DNA from: Gammaproteobacteria bacterium
Lineage (GTDB): Bacteria > Pseudomonadota > Gammaproteobacteria > GCA-002705445 > GCA-002716945
NCBI GenBank assembly: GCA_038101125.1
Contig: JAYNVZ010000002.1
Coordinates: forward strand, 2,353 to 66,352
Direction of reading: 5' to 3'
Length of the DNA stretch: 64,000 nt
Shown: one piece after another, positions 38,065-49,286 of the stretch
How the letters are laid out: each line of letters begins with the position of its first letter
How positions within the stretch are numbered: the first letter of the stretch is position 1
Notes under the pieces: model-generated
The model's input: the letters and a program-made list of their open reading frames with translations, nothing else
The model's database searches: none
Told to the model about the DNA's origin: nothing
Program-made: the position numbers and the translations under genes

Positions 38065-38283
38065 ATGACAATATCTACAAAAATGAGAATTATATTAAAT
38101 AAAGATGTTCAAATCATTCCTGATAGCATATCAATTGATGGTCTACTTGAACACCTAAATATTGAAATCAAATATATCGCTATCGAAGTTAATGAGACAA
38201 TAGTGCCAAAATCTGAATATGATACATTCAACTTAAAAGAGAATGATAGTGTTGAAATTATTAATGCTGTAGGAGGCGGTTAA
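38065..38283 (+). CDS. thiS: Sulfur carrier protein ThiS
   Basis: 72 aa ending in ...AVGGG (C-terminal GG). It sits immediately upstream of thiG. Confidence 0.7.
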   Translation: MTISTKMRIILNKDVQIIPDSISIDGLLEHLNIEIKYIAIEVNETIVPKSEYDTFNLKENDSVEIINAVGGG

Positions 38284-38284
38284 G

Positions 38285-39064
38285 GTGTCCAAATTAACTC
38301 TTAATGACAAATCATATAATTCGAGACTAATCGTTGGTACTGGAAAATATAAAGATCTTGAGGAAACCAAACAGGCGATATTAAATAGCGGAGCAGAAAT
38401 GGTAACTGTTGCAATAAGGAGAATGAATATTGGGCAAGACAAAAGTTTACCAAATTTGCTAGATTATTTAGATCCAAAGATTTTTACAATTCTGCCAAAT
38501 ACTGCAGGTTGCTATAATGCGAAAGATGCTGTGAGAACTTGTCAATTAGCAGCTGAGATATTAGAAGGAGAAAAACTTGTTAAGCTTGAAGTCTTGGGCG
38601 ATGAAAAAACCCTTTATCCGAATGTAACAGAGACTTTAAAAGCTGCAGAACAATTAGTCAAAGATGATTTTAAAATAATGGTTTATACGACTGATGATCA
38701 CATAGTGGCTAAAGAATTAGAAAATATAGGATGCATCGCAATAATGCCGTTGGCTTCACCTATTGGTAGTGGTCTTGGAATACAAAATGAGTATAACCTA
38801 CTAACAATAAAAGAAAATTCTACTGTACCAATCATAGTTGATGCTGGAGTTGGAACTGCATCAGATGCCTCCAAAGTTATGGAGCTTGGTTGCGATGGAG
38901 TACTAATGAATACTGCTATAGCATGCGCTAAAGACCCACTATTAATGGCTACAGCAATGAAAAAAGCTGTCGAGTCAGGTTATGATGCCTACCATGCTGG
39001 AAGAATTCCAAAAAAATTTCATGCTAGTGCTTCCTCCCCAAAGGAAGGAAATGTCTGTGACTAA
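38285..39064 (+). CDS. thiG: Thiazole synthase
   Basis: 259 aa TIM-barrel ThiG ([15 protein letters not shown]..., [11 protein letters not shown]...). Confidence 0.9.
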   Translation: MSKLTLNDKSYNSRLIVGTGKYKDLEETKQAILNSGAEMVTVAIRRMNIGQDKSLPNLLDYLDPKIFTILPNTAGCYNAKDAVRTCQLAAEILEGEKLVKLEVLGDEKTLYPNVTETLKAAEQLVKDDFKIMVYTTDDHIVAKELENIGCIAIMPLASPIGSGLGIQNEYNLLTIKENSTVPIIVDAGVGTASDASKVMELGCDGVLMNTAIACAKDPLLMATAMKKAVESGYDAYHAGRIPKKFHASASSPKEGNVCD

Positions 39065-39686
39065 GAATAATTTTGAAAAACCTAAATTCTACAATAGCCA
39101 TAGATCAAGACAACTATCCAAAAAAGAATCTATCGGGCCTATTAAGACTCAGAAAACTTTTATAAAAAATATAAATAATAGTGAAAAAAAAATACTCGAG
39201 ATTGGCTTTGGTACTGGATCATCTGTAATGGATCTGCAAAAGAACTTCAAAGGTAATTACTTTTGTATTGAGTCATATACTTTAGGCATAAACAATATAA
39301 ATAAGTATATAGAAGAAAATAATGTTGATAATATATATGTCTACCAAGGAGATGCTATTGAAATAATAGAAGAGTACTTTGATGATGAATCATTAGATGA
39401 GATATTAATTTTTTTCCCAGACCCATGGCCAAAATATAAACATAGAAAAAGGAGGATCCTAAACAACTTTTCTATCAGGTTGTTTTTTGAAAAACTAAAG
39501 ATTGGTGGTTTAATACATTTTGCAACTGATCATATAAATTATGCTTACAGTGCAAAAGAACTGATATCTAACTATACCCGTAGAAGCTTATCTTTTGGAA
39601 ACAGGCGAAACAGACCGATTACTAATTATGAAAAGCGTGGCAAAAAAAGAAAAAATTTTGTATTTGATATAATTGTAAGAAAATAG
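39051..39686 (+). CDS. trmB: tRNA (guanine46-N7)-methyltransferase
   Basis: [15 protein letters not shown] motif and an SAM-binding GFGTG. Start chosen at ATG 39051, which has an aaggaagga SD and a 14-nt overlap with thiG, rather than the longer ORF from 38982. Confidence 0.8.
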   Translation: MSVTKNNFEKPKFYNSHRSRQLSKKESIGPIKTQKTFIKNINNSEKKILEIGFGTGSSVMDLQKNFKGNYFCIESYTLGINNINKYIEENNVDNIYVYQGDAIEIIEEYFDDESLDEILIFFPDPWPKYKHRKRRILNNFSIRLFFEKLKIGGLIHFATDHINYAYSAKELISNYTRRSLSFGNRRNRPITNYEKRGKKRKNFVFDIIVRK

Positions 39687-39687
39687 A

Positions 39688-41031
39688 TTATTCTGATTGT
39701 GCCGGATATTTTTTAGAAAAGAGTATGTGTAGAATAAAACCAAATATTATACCCGTCCATATATGAGTTTTAACTCCCTCAAATAATTCAATTGATAACA
39801 TAGGGAAAATGAGTGTGCTAAAAAATGTTAGCCATGCAATTGATCCAAGGCCTATATTTTCTCTATATAATTTATTTAATTCCTTAACTTTTATTAGTGG
39901 TATGACAGCAAAAATTACTATAATGCCCAAAGTTGCTTCAGGGAGATTATGCAACAATGGTGTAGCAAATAATAATGTTGCACCAACAACTATCATTGTT
40001 ACTATAGATGATAGCCCACTGTATGCTCCAGCAGATTCATTAACAGCAGACCTAGAAAATGAACCTGACACAGGGATACTCCCGCTAATACTAGATGTAA
40101 TATTAGATAGTCCTTGTCCAAATAACTCTTGGTTAGAGTCTACAGGCATAGGGTTTTTATAAAGCTCAACACCGTTCTGATCTTTTGGTGGTTTTTTTAC
40201 ATATAGCTGTTTTGCGATTGCGATTGCTTCCATGAATCCCACAAAGGCAATAATTACTGTATGAATAATCAACATTGGGATTGAGCCTGTAAAAACCTTC
40301 AAAGACGGCAATGTCATTTCAGGAATCCCAGACGGTATAAAACCAACAATTGGTCCATTGTAAGAATAATTTGATGCAAAGAGTATTGAAAATAAAACAG
40401 CAAAGAAAACAGCAAGGTTACTAAAAGTCATAAATTTTGTATATTTATATTTTATAACATACATAAGAGACAGAACTATTATTGAAAGCAAGAAAGCTTC
40501 AAGATTGATTGGCGTTTCAGCGAGGAGTTGATTTATATTCAATAGATCACTTAAAGATATTTTAGACAGCCCAAATACTTTACTCAACTGTGAAGTTGCT
40601 ATTATCAGAGCAGCTGCAGATGTAAAGCCTAACAAGACATGCTCCGGTATTTTATCAAAAATATTTCCAGCTCTAACCAAAGCTAATGCAATTTGAAATA
40701 CTCCTACAGTCATCGCTAAAATTACAGCATAGGCGATGTATAAAGACGTATCGCCAAATGAAAGTGAAGATATGGCAACAGATGTTAATAGGCAAACCAT
40801 AGCAACAGGGCCTGTTGCTAAGTACCTAGAAGATCCAAAAAAAGCTGCTACTGCTACTGGCAGTAAAGCTGCATATAATCCGTAGACTGGAGGTACATCC
40901 GCTAATGTTGCATATGCCATAGATTGCGGAATTATTATCATTGCTATTGTGGTGCCTGCGATGACATCCCTAGTAAGATATGATCTATTCATCAAAGACT
41001 CAGGAAGCCAGCTGCTAAAATTCAATAGCAT
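39688..41031 (-). CDS. SulP/SLC26-family anion permease without STAS domain
   Basis: WLPESLMNRSYLTRDVIAGTTIAMIIIPQSMAYATLADVPPVYGLY is the SulP signature. Start set at Met 41031 because the longer ORF overlaps the divergent AKR gene. There is no C-terminal STAS. Confidence 0.65.
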   Translation of the reverse strand: MLLNFSSWLPESLMNRSYLTRDVIAGTTIAMIIIPQSMAYATLADVPPVYGLYAALLPVAVAAFFGSSRYLATGPVAMVCLLTSVAISSLSFGDTSLYIAYAVILAMTVGVFQIALALVRAGNIFDKIPEHVLLGFTSAAALIIATSQLSKVFGLSKISLSDLLNINQLLAETPINLEAFLLSIIVLSLMYVIKYKYTKFMTFSNLAVFFAVLFSILFASNYSYNGPIVGFIPSGIPEMTLPSLKVFTGSIPMLIIHTVIIAFVGFMEAIAIAKQLYVKKPPKDQNGVELYKNPMPVDSNQELFGQGLSNITSSISGSIPVSGSFSRSAVNESAGAYSGLSSIVTMIVVGATLLFATPLLHNLPEATLGIIVIFAVIPLIKVKELNKLYRENIGLGSIAWLTFFSTLIFPMLSIELFEGVKTHIWTGIIFGFILHILFSKKYPAQSE

Positions 41032-41134
41032 TGTTTTAATGTTGATTAAAAAATTAATGTATTCACCCCTAGTTTTAATTGGCAGATATATATAAATAAG
41101 CAAATATATACTATCATAATATTTAAACACTGTC

Positions 41135-42175
41135 TTGGGGGTTATATTGAAGTATAAAATTTTAGGCGACACTGGTTTAAAAGTGAGTGCTATTTGTTTA
41201 GGCACGATGACATTTGGAGAGCAAAATACTGAAAAGGAGGCTCATGAGCAGCTATCTTTTGCTCTAGAGAATGGTATTAATTTTATAGATACAGCAGAAA
41301 TGTATGCGATACCACCAAAAAAAGAAACCCAAGGACTTACAGAAAAGTATATTGGCAGCTGGATAAAAAAGCATAATAATAGGGAGTCTTATTGCTTAGC
41401 TACGAAAATTGCTGGGCCAGGAATGGAATATGTGAGAGGTGGGTCTAGACTTAGCAAAGATCATGTTACAAAAGCAATAGATGATTCACTAAAGAGATTA
41501 AATACTGATTACATAGATTTGTATCAAACACACTGGCCAGAGAGAGACACAAACTATTTTGGCCGCCTAGGATATACTTGCTCTGACAATTTTGGTATCA
41601 CAATTGAAGAAACTTTATCTGCACTTGATGACGCAGTTAAGTCAGGCAAAATAAGATATGTAGGTATATCCAATGAAACACCATGGGGAGTTCAAGAATA
41701 TTTAAGAGTATCCAGTAACAAATCTCTAGCAAGAGTACAATCTATACAAAATCCATATGGATTATTAAATAGGATTTATGAAGTAGGTTTATCTGAAATA
41801 TCTTACAGAGAAAATATTGGATTATTAGCATATTCACCTTTAGGTTTTGGAATGTTAACAGGAAAGTACATTGATAGCATTCCCAAAGATTCAAGGTTGG
41901 GGCTGCATGGGGAATGGTTCACAAGGTATAATAATGAGAAATGCATAGCTGCGACAAAAAAATATTTGGCTGTCGCAAAAAAATATGACCTATCTTTAAC
42001 TCAGCTGGCTTTAGCTTTTGTCAACACAAGACCATTCTTGACAAGCAACATCATTGGAGCAACAACAATATCTCAGTTAAAAGAAAACATTGAGAGTATA
42101 GATATTAACCTCAGTGATGAGATAATAGATGAAATTAATAATATACATAACGATATACCAAATCCCGCACCATAG
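41135..42175 (+). CDS. Aldo/keto reductase (Tas/YajO-like)
   Basis: 346 aa AKR fold (LGTMTFGEQ, DTAEMY, active-site YxxxK region). The exact start is uncertain (possible TTG). Confidence 0.8.
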   Translation: MGVILKYKILGDTGLKVSAICLGTMTFGEQNTEKEAHEQLSFALENGINFIDTAEMYAIPPKKETQGLTEKYIGSWIKKHNNRESYCLATKIAGPGMEYVRGGSRLSKDHVTKAIDDSLKRLNTDYIDLYQTHWPERDTNYFGRLGYTCSDNFGITIEETLSALDDAVKSGKIRYVGISNETPWGVQEYLRVSSNKSLARVQSIQNPYGLLNRIYEVGLSEISYRENIGLLAYSPLGFGMLTGKYIDSIPKDSRLGLHGEWFTRYNNEKCIAATKKYLAVAKKYDLSLTQLALAFVNTRPFLTSNIIGATTISQLKENIESIDINLSDEIIDEINNIHNDIPNPAP

Positions 42176-42179
42176 AATA

Positions 42180-42719
42180 TTACTCTGATATTACAAATTC
42201 TGCAGCTGCGTAGAGATCGCTAAATATAGGGATATCATATTTATTATTTTTTTGTATCTCTCTGCCATTACCAGTTAGAACACCTAGAGCTTTACAATTA
42301 ACAGCACGAGCTGCCTCAATATCACGAGGTGAGTCTCCGATAGCGTAACAAGATTTCAAATTAATATTCATCCTATCAGCTATATCAATATACATTCCCG
42401 GTTTAGGTTTTCGGTTAAAACTATCAGAAGATGGCAATGATGGACAATATAATGAGGCAGATATTGCTCCACCAGACTTTTCAATAAGAGATATCATTTT
42501 TAAGTTAATTTGGATGAAGTTTAATGGCGATATAAGATCTTGGTTTATCCCTGACTGATTAGAGATTATTATAATAGTAAAATCATTATCTGTGAGTAAT
42601 TTAATAGCTGAAAGACTCCTTGGTAATGGTTTGAATTCATTAGGTGTTTTAATATAATCTGGACTATCATTATTAATAACTCCATCTCTATCAAGAATAA
42701 TATATTTTTGTTTTATCAC
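42180..42719 (-). CDS. gmhB: D-glycero-D-manno-heptose 1,7-bisphosphate phosphatase (HAD-IIIA)
   Basis: ILDRDGVIN motif I and HAD motifs. 179 aa. Confidence 0.75.
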   Translation of the reverse strand: MIKQKYIILDRDGVINNDSPDYIKTPNEFKPLPRSLSAIKLLTDNDFTIIIISNQSGINQDLISPLNFIQINLKMISLIEKSGGAISASLYCPSLPSSDSFNRKPKPGMYIDIADRMNINLKSCYAIGDSPRDIEAARAVNCKALGVLTGNGREIQKNNKYDIPIFSDLYAAAEFVISE

Positions 42720-44077
42720 GATAATAAAAAGTTTCTAAAATAATCTGCTACTTTAGATAATTCGAGTTTCTCCTGTTTCATTGTGTCTCTGTCTCTAATT
42801 GTAACAATATCCTTCTCTAGAGTATCAAAATCAATAGTGATGCATATAGGCGTCCCAATCTCATCATGTTTACGATAGTTTTTGCCAATATTGCCCGTAT
42901 TCTCTACAACAACTCTGCCAAGCTTCAAACCTTGCAGAATATTTTTTAAAGAAATAGCTTTGTTTACAAGATCTTCATTATTTTTTTTCAGAGGTATTAC
43001 GGCAGCCTTTATAGGAGCAAGATGTGGTTTAAGAGATAAAACTATTCTTTCTTTGCCATCATCAAGTTTTTCAACATTGAAAGATTCATTTAATACAGCT
43101 AGCACCCCACGATCAACACCTGCTGAAGGTTCAATGACATACGGAACTATAAGTTTTTTATTTTCTAAATCCTGTATAGCTAATTTAGTATTAGAAGCAT
43201 TATTTTTAAGGGTGCTAGAGGTTAAACTTAGATCGTCTTGATTTTTACTATGCGAACCTAGATCAAAATCTGTACGATTAGCAATTCCCTCTAATTCCTC
43301 AAGACCATGTGGGAATTCATACATAATATCAACTGTAGATTTGGAATAGTGTGCTAAATCATCACCAGTTATGTTTAATAATTTGATCTTATTAGAGTCA
43401 ATTCCTTGGTCTATCCACCATTTTAGACGATTATCTACCCATTTTTTATGCCAGTCATCATCTGTGCCAGGTAGTACAAAAAATTCTAATTCCATTTGTT
43501 CAAATTCTCTGACTCTAAAAATAAAATTACGAGGTGTGATTTCATTTCTGAAAGCTTTACCAATCTGAGCTATACCAAAAGGTAAAGATCTAGATGTTGA
43601 ATCGACAACATTTTTAAAATTCGTAAATATTTGCTGAGCAGTTTCAGGTCTCAAGTACGCAAAATTTTTACCATCATCTACAGGCCCCACTGATGTCTTA
43701 AACATCAAATTAAAAGGTCTTGGTTCTGTAAGATCTTTTGACCCACATGATGGACATGAAGAATCTGTAATTTGATCTAATCTCCATCTAGATTTACACT
43801 TTTTACAATCTACTAAAGGATCAGTAAAAGTATCTTCATGACCTGAAAAATGCAACACATCAGGATGAGTAAGTATAGATGCGTCTAAACCTTCAACATC
43901 ATCTCTATCATATACCATTGATGACCACCAAGATTGCTTGAGATTATTTTTTAGCTCAACACCAAGAGGGCCATAATCATATAAGCCCTGAAGTCCGCCA
44001 TAAATTTCATTAGATTGAAAAATAAAACCTCTTCTCTTACAAAGAGCGACAAGTTCGTCCATATTCTGTGCGGTCAA
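42716..44077 (-). CDS. glyQS: Glycine--tRNA ligase, dimeric alpha2 (eukaryote/archaeal/Thermus-like) type
   Basis: 453 aa. N-terminus [32 protein letters not shown] matches alpha2-type GlyRS. Class II motifs and a C-terminal anticodon-binding domain are present. Confidence 0.8.
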   Translation of the reverse strand: MTAQNMDELVALCKRRGFIFQSNEIYGGLQGLYDYGPLGVELKNNLKQSWWSSMVYDRDDVEGLDASILTHPDVLHFSGHEDTFTDPLVDCKKCKSRWRLDQITDSSCPSCGSKDLTEPRPFNLMFKTSVGPVDDGKNFAYLRPETAQQIFTNFKNVVDSTSRSLPFGIAQIGKAFRNEITPRNFIFRVREFEQMELEFFVLPGTDDDWHKKWVDNRLKWWIDQGIDSNKIKLLNITGDDLAHYSKSTVDIMYEFPHGLEELEGIANRTDFDLGSHSKNQDDLSLTSSTLKNNASNTKLAIQDLENKKLIVPYVIEPSAGVDRGVLAVLNESFNVEKLDDGKERIVLSLKPHLAPIKAAVIPLKKNNEDLVNKAISLKNILQGLKLGRVVVENTGNIGKNYRKHDEIGTPICITIDFDTLEKDIVTIRDRDTMKQEKLELSKVADYFRNFLLS

Positions 44078-44307
44078 TAGAGGTACCTTTAAGATAATTT
44101 TTTATTTCATATTATAGTGTAATTTTAAATGATTTAGATTTTTTTTGTTTAATATTAATGAGTACTATAAGTCTTGATTATTCTACTATGCACTATAATG
44201 ATACATGTAGTACTTTAAAAGTGCACATAAATGATCTATAATAGTGCATATTGATATAAAACATAATGGATATGCACTAAACCATTACAATTTTTAATAA
44301 TATATGT

Positions 44308-44323
44308 TGGCATGATACATGCA
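44308..44323 (+). promoter_or_regulatory. sigma-54 (-24/-12) promoter TGGCAT-N5-ATGCA upstream of glnA
   Basis: The GG and GC elements have the correct 10-nt spacing about 38 nt upstream of the glnA ATG. Several TGCAC/GTGCA NtrC-like half-sites and TATAAT boxes lie between 44180 and 44300. Confidence 0.5.
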
Positions 44324-44361
44324 GTTATATTAGTACACAAATAACGTAGAGGAGTAAACAA

Positions 44362-45774
44362 ATGAGTGTCGAGGATGTACTAAAAATAGTAAAGGAGAAA
44401 GAGGTTAAGTTTATTGACTACCGCTTTACTAATACAAATGGGAAAGAACAGCATGTGACTGTTACTGCCAATGAAGATGGGATTAAAACAGATTTTGCTG
44501 AAGGCAAAATGTTTGATGGTTCATCTATAGCTGGATGGAAAGATATTAATGAATCGGACATGATATTAATGCCTGACCCAAGCACAGCAGTAATGGATCC
44601 ATTTTTCGATGAACCAACTCTGATAGTATCATGTGATGTTATTGAACCAGCAGATGGTAAACCATACGAAAAAGATCCGCGATCGATTGCTAAAAAAGCT
44701 GAAGCGTATCTAAAAGAAACAGGAATAGCTGATCAAGCATTCTTTGGTCCCGAAAATGAATTTTTTGTATTTGATGATGTAAAGTTTGAAGATAAGTTAG
44801 GAAGTTCATTCTTTTCTGTAGATTCTTCAGAAGCTTGTTACAACAGTGGGAAATCTTATGAGGAAGGAAATATGGGGCATAGACCTCTAGTTAAAGGCGG
44901 TTACTTCCCTGTCCCACCAGTAGATGCATTGCAAGATTGTAGGTCTGCAATGGTAACAACATGTCAAGAAATGGGTGTCCCATGTGAAGTACATCATCAT
45001 GAGGTTGCAACAGGTGGACAATGTGAGATTGGAACTGTCTTTAATACACTAGTCTCCAAAGCAGATGAAGTGCAAAAGTATAAATATGCTGTTATGAATG
45101 TGGCACATGCATATGGAAAAACAGCTACATTTATGCCGAAACCACTAGTTGGAGACAATGGAACTGGTATGCATGTTCATATGTCTCTTTCAAAAGATGG
45201 GAAAAATATTTTTGCAGGAGACAAATATGGAAATATGTCAGAAGAAGCACTGCATTATATTGGTGGAATAATAAAGCATGCTAGAGCATTAAATGCCTTT
45301 ACAAATGCTTCAACGAATAGCTATAAAAGGTTAATACCTGGTTTCGAGGCACCTGTTATCTTAACTTATTCAGCTCGAAATAGGTCCGCTGCTATCAGGA
45401 TTCCTTATGTGATGAGCGATAAAGCTAGACGTATAGAAGTAAGATTTCCTGATTCTACAGCAAACCCATATCTAGCATTTAGTGCTCTGATGATGGCTGG
45501 CCTTGATGGGATAAAAAATAAGATTAATCCTGGTGAAGCTATGGATCAAGACTTATTTGAACTGACAACTGAAGAAGAAAAAATGCTTCCAACTGTTGCC
45601 CCTGGTTTAGATGTAGCTCTTGAGGCGTTAGATAAAGATAGGGACTTTCTAAAAGCTGGTGGCGTATTCACCGATAAGATGATTAATTCTTATATTGCTC
45701 TTAAATACGAGGAAGTACAACGTCTCAGACAATCAACACATCCTTGTGAGTTTGAAATGTACTACAGCTTATAA
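44362..45774 (+). CDS. glnA: Glutamine synthetase type I
   Basis: 470 aa. GS-I signature regions are present (DGSSIAGW, the NxYxRL region, and an adenylylation-loop Tyr near NPYLAF). Confidence 0.95.
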   Translation: MSVEDVLKIVKEKEVKFIDYRFTNTNGKEQHVTVTANEDGIKTDFAEGKMFDGSSIAGWKDINESDMILMPDPSTAVMDPFFDEPTLIVSCDVIEPADGKPYEKDPRSIAKKAEAYLKETGIADQAFFGPENEFFVFDDVKFEDKLGSSFFSVDSSEACYNSGKSYEEGNMGHRPLVKGGYFPVPPVDALQDCRSAMVTTCQEMGVPCEVHHHEVATGGQCEIGTVFNTLVSKADEVQKYKYAVMNVAHAYGKTATFMPKPLVGDNGTGMHVHMSLSKDGKNIFAGDKYGNMSEEALHYIGGIIKHARALNAFTNASTNSYKRLIPGFEAPVILTYSARNRSAAIRIPYVMSDKARRIEVRFPDSTANPYLAFSALMMAGLDGIKNKINPGEAMDQDLFELTTEEEKMLPTVAPGLDVALEALDKDRDFLKAGGVFTDKMINSYIALKYEEVQRLRQSTHPCEFEMYYSL

Positions 45775-45782
45775 CATAGTAA

Positions 45783-45804
45783 CTGCCCTCTGAAAGGAGG
45801 GCAG
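45783..45804 (+). other. hairpin (ctgccctc-tgaaag-gagggcag) between glnA and ntrB; weak terminator/attenuator
   Basis: Perfect 8-bp GC-rich stem. It is followed by an A/T-rich tract but no clean T-run, consistent with partial read-through into ntrBC. Confidence 0.4.
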
Positions 45805-45818
45805 TAAATAAAATAATT

Positions 45819-46898
45819 ATGAGTATAAATATAAACAAAAGAAATATTAAAGAAATAAACGTTAATTATGATGTTTTAGATAATTTACGAACAGCGATTT
45901 TAATCTTTGACGTAAATTTTAATTATATTTATACAAATACATCTGCAATTGACTTACTTGGATCATCTTCAACCATGAAAGATATAAAAAAGCTTCAATG
46001 CAAGAATGTTAGCCTGACAACTTATTTAAAAAAAGTAAAAGATAAATTTCAATCAGTTGTGTTGAGGGATCTTAAGTTTAAGAATTTTGATCGTTTAGAA
46101 AGAATAGTTGATTGTAATATATCAAGCTATAATTCTGAAAATGATCAGTATATTTTGATGGAGATGAATGAAACAGGAAGATTATACAATATATCGCTTG
46201 ATCAAAACTTAATAGACCAGCAGAAAGCTACAAGAGAAATGGTTAAAGGTCTATCTCATGAAATTAAGAATCCGCTGGGCGGTATAATGGGAGCAGCCCA
46301 GTTGTTAGATAAAACTCTCACAGATGAGTCTCAAGCAAAATTTACTAAAATAATTAAGAAAGAATCAGAACGATTACTAAAATTAATCAATGCAATGGCA
46401 TCTCCTTTCCCTAAGTCTGATAAAGAAATTATAAACATCCATGAAGTCACCGAACATGTCATAGAACTATTTAAATATGATGCCGATAATGTAGATGTAA
46501 ATTTCATCAAAGATTATGATCCAAGTATTCCTCAGCTTACCCTTGATAGGCATCAAATTATCCAATCATTAATTAACATACTAAGAAATGCGATCCAAGC
46601 AATCAATAAGAATGGCAATATAGTAATAAAAACAAGACCGATATTTAAATATACAATTGGTGATATAAAACATGATCTTGTTGTAAAAATTGATGTTATT
46701 GATAATGGAATTGGGATACCTGAAGATAAATTGAAAGAGATATTTTACCCTATGGTTACCACAAAAAATGAAGGAATGGGTTTAGGGCTAACTATTGCAC
46801 AATCAATAATCATTGAAAACAAAGGCATAATTGAGTGCAAGAGCAAAAATAAAGAAACTGTATTTTCAATTATTCTTCCATGGAGCGACAATGAATAA
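45819..46898 (+). CDS. glnL: Nitrogen regulation sensor histidine kinase NtrB
   Basis: H-box HEIKNPLGGI, and N, G1 and G2 boxes. It sits between glnA and ntrC. Confidence 0.8.
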   Translation: MSININKRNIKEINVNYDVLDNLRTAILIFDVNFNYIYTNTSAIDLLGSSSTMKDIKKLQCKNVSLTTYLKKVKDKFQSVVLRDLKFKNFDRLERIVDCNISSYNSENDQYILMEMNETGRLYNISLDQNLIDQQKATREMVKGLSHEIKNPLGGIMGAAQLLDKTLTDESQAKFTKIIKKESERLLKLINAMASPFPKSDKEIINIHEVTEHVIELFKYDADNVDVNFIKDYDPSIPQLTLDRHQIIQSLINILRNAIQAINKNGNIVIKTRPIFKYTIGDIKHDLVVKIDVIDNGIGIPEDKLKEIFYPMVTTKNEGMGLGLTIAQSIIIENKGIIECKSKNKETVFSIILPWSDNE

Positions 46899-48285
46899 AT
46901 ATAAGCTTTGGGTTGTTGATGACGAGGAAAGCATTAGGACTATATGTAGAAGTGCCTTGGAAGATGCTTTTGTAATTGAAACTTTCCCAAATGGATCAGA
47001 AGCTCTTCTAGCATTAAATTCTGACAAACCTGATCTCATCATTACTGATATTAAAATGCCTGGTATATCAGGCCTGGAGCTATTGCAAAAAGTATCAGAA
47101 AGATACCCGGAGTTACCTACTATTGTAATTACAGCGCACTCTGATATAGATAATGCCTTGTCGGCTTATAAAGGAGGTGCCTTTGAATATCTCCCAAAAC
47201 CTTTTGATGTTGATACTATAAAAGCATTGGCTATGAAAGCGGTAAAAAATGCTGAAAATATCGAGAATGTTTTAGAGAATTCTACAATTAAAAAACCATC
47301 AAAAATAGTAGGTCAGGCAGTATCCTTGCAAAATGTTTTCAGGGCAATAGGAAAAATATCAAACTCAGATATTACGGTATTAATAAGAGGAGAGTCAGGC
47401 ACAGGCAAAGAGTTAATAGCTCAAGCTGTTCATGATAATAGTCTAAGAAAGGACAAGCCCTTCGTAGCAATTAATGTTGCGGCTATACCACATGAACTAT
47501 TAGAGTCAGAACTCTTTGGTCATGAAAAGGGTGCCTTTACTGGAGCACAAGCACAGCGGACTGGTAGATTTGAACAAGCACTTGGTGGAACCTTATTTTT
47601 AGATGAAATAGGCGATATGCATCCTGAACTGCAAACTAGGCTGCTGAGGGTTTTGTCTAGTCAAGAATTCTATAGGGTTGGTGGACAACAACCTATAAAA
47701 TCGGATGTTAGAATAATAGCCGCAACGAATCAATCAATAGAAGAATTAATAAAGACATCAAAGTTTAGAGAAGATCTGTATCATAGATTGAATGTTTTTA
47801 AACTTGAATTACCACCCTTAAGAAAGAGGAAAGAAGACATACCTTCTCTGATTTCACACTTTTTAAACACAGCTGCTATAGAATTAAATACTGAACAAAA
47901 AACAATTAACAAAAAGACTATGGCTTTTTTAGAGTCTTATGACTGGCCTGGTAATATTAGACAGCTTGAAAACATCTGTAGATATTTAACAGTGATGTCA
48001 GCATCATCAACTATAAGCATGGATGACTTACCTCAAGACATATTTAGTGACAAAGGTGTTGACGAAAATCAAAAATCGCATGATGTAAAATGGCAAGCTA
48101 GTTTAGAAAATTTTATAAGATCAGAAATTATATCAGATAAGAATATTCTCAAAAAAGTAAATAGTGAGATCGAGAAGATACTAATAGATGAGTCTTTAAG
48201 AGCATCTAATGGAATAAAAATTGAAGCTGCTAAGTTACTTGGCTGGGGCAGAAATACTCTGGCACGTAAAGCTAAAAATACTTAG
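46891..48285 (+). CDS. glnG: Sigma-54-dependent response regulator NtrC
   Basis: Receiver domain (DDE...D), an AAA+ sigma-54 activator domain with GESGTGKE and GAFTGA, and a C-terminal Fis-type HTH. ATG 46891 overlaps the ntrB stop by 8 nt. Confidence 0.9.
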   Translation: MNKYKLWVVDDEESIRTICRSALEDAFVIETFPNGSEALLALNSDKPDLIITDIKMPGISGLELLQKVSERYPELPTIVITAHSDIDNALSAYKGGAFEYLPKPFDVDTIKALAMKAVKNAENIENVLENSTIKKPSKIVGQAVSLQNVFRAIGKISNSDITVLIRGESGTGKELIAQAVHDNSLRKDKPFVAINVAAIPHELLESELFGHEKGAFTGAQAQRTGRFEQALGGTLFLDEIGDMHPELQTRLLRVLSSQEFYRVGGQQPIKSDVRIIAATNQSIEELIKTSKFREDLYHRLNVFKLELPPLRKRKEDIPSLISHFLNTAAIELNTEQKTINKKTMAFLESYDWPGNIRQLENICRYLTVMSASSTISMDDLPQDIFSDKGVDENQKSHDVKWQASLENFIRSEIISDKNILKKVNSEIEKILIDESLRASNGIKIEAAKLLGWGRNTLARKAKNT

Positions 48286-49286
48286 TTATATAGTCCAAGT
48301 AAAATTTTTCTAGGCTCTATATGATTATATAATATGTCATAAGCAGATTTTATGATCTTGCTATCACTATAAATCACTTTATTTTTGAATAATGTCTCAG
48401 TTGACAAATATCCTTCAACTGTACCAATTTTTGAAAGAAGCTTTTTAATGTTACAGCCACTAGCTAACTTCAATCCTAGTTGACGATTTCTTGAAGTATT
48501 ATAAAAACATGTAAGTTCAAGGTCACCTAAGCATGCTGGACTAGTAAGTGTTTTTTTCATATCACTATCTGAGACCTCATAACCATGACTGGTAGCCATG
48601 ATTAATTTAGAGATTCTATATACCTCCTGTTGTGAAATTGAAATCAATTCATGTACATATTCATCAGGAAACTCATTTGCTGTTAATGAACCAGCTAATA
48701 TTGCAGAAATGTTTTTTAGGACCCCTGAAACTTCAACACCTATAAGATCATGAGTTGGGAGAAGAGTAAAATAATCTGTATCCATGGCATTAACAAATAC
48801 TTCAGTTAAAAGATCATTAGTAGATGCTATGCTAACTTTGATATTTTTTTTGTTAACCAAATCCATTGCAAAACTAGGTCCTGAAATAATGCATTTTTCT
48901 ATTTTATCTACCAGCAGTTCATCTATAACCTGATGAAATAAATAACCTGATGAATGATCTAAACCTTTTGTTAACCATGTGAGAGATTTTGATTTTTTAA
49001 AATAATTTAAATTGTCTTTGATAATATTTAGAAACCCGGAACTTGATGTGGCTATGATATTGATAGTTTCAGGATCATTGCTGATTTCACTAACTCTGTT
49101 AAGGTTAAAAAAAGATATATTCTTACCAAATTTAATATCTAGATTTTTATGAATTTTATTGGTCTTATAAAAATCTACTTTATCAATATCTCTCAAATAT
49201 ACTTCTACTAAATTATTGTGTATTGACAGATGATTGGCTACAGCTAATCCCCACTCGCCTGCTCCAAATATTCTAAACAAAGCCAT
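48282..49286 (-). CDS. gpsA: NAD(P)H-dependent glycerol-3-phosphate dehydrogenase
   Basis: N-terminal GAGEWG Rossmann fold, 334 aa. It is downstream of secB as in the E. coli yibN-grxC-secB-gpsA cluster. Confidence 0.85.
   Translation of the reverse strand: MALFRIFGAGEWGLAVANHLSIHNNLVEVYLRDIDKVDFYKTNKIHKNLDIKFGKNISFFNLNRVSEISNDPETINIIATSSSGFLNIIKDNLNYFKKSKSLTWLTKGLDHSSGYLFHQVIDELLVDKIEKCIISGPSFAMDLVNKKNIKVSIASTNDLLTEVFVNAMDTDYFTLLPTHDLIGVEVSGVLKNISAILAGSLTANEFPDEYVHELISISQQEVYRISKLIMATSHGYEVSDSDMKKTLTSPACLGDLELTCFYNTSRNRQLGLKLASGCNIKKLLSKIGTVEGYLSTETLFKNKVIYSDSKIIKSAYDILYNHIEPRKILLGLYN

Noticed and set aside
38982-39050. Longer trmB ORF starting at 38982 (83-nt overlap with thiG)
   Set aside because: An internal ATG at 39051 is preceded by an aaggaagga SD and gives a 14-nt overlap. 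The extension has no SD and would read through the thiG C-terminus.
41032-41205. N-terminal extension of the SulP permease ORF (MPKQ... start at 41205)
   Set aside because: It would overlap the divergent aldo/keto-reductase gene by 70 nt and adds a non-conserved Ile/Tyr-rich segment. Met at 41031 precedes the conserved WLP...IPQSMAYA signature.
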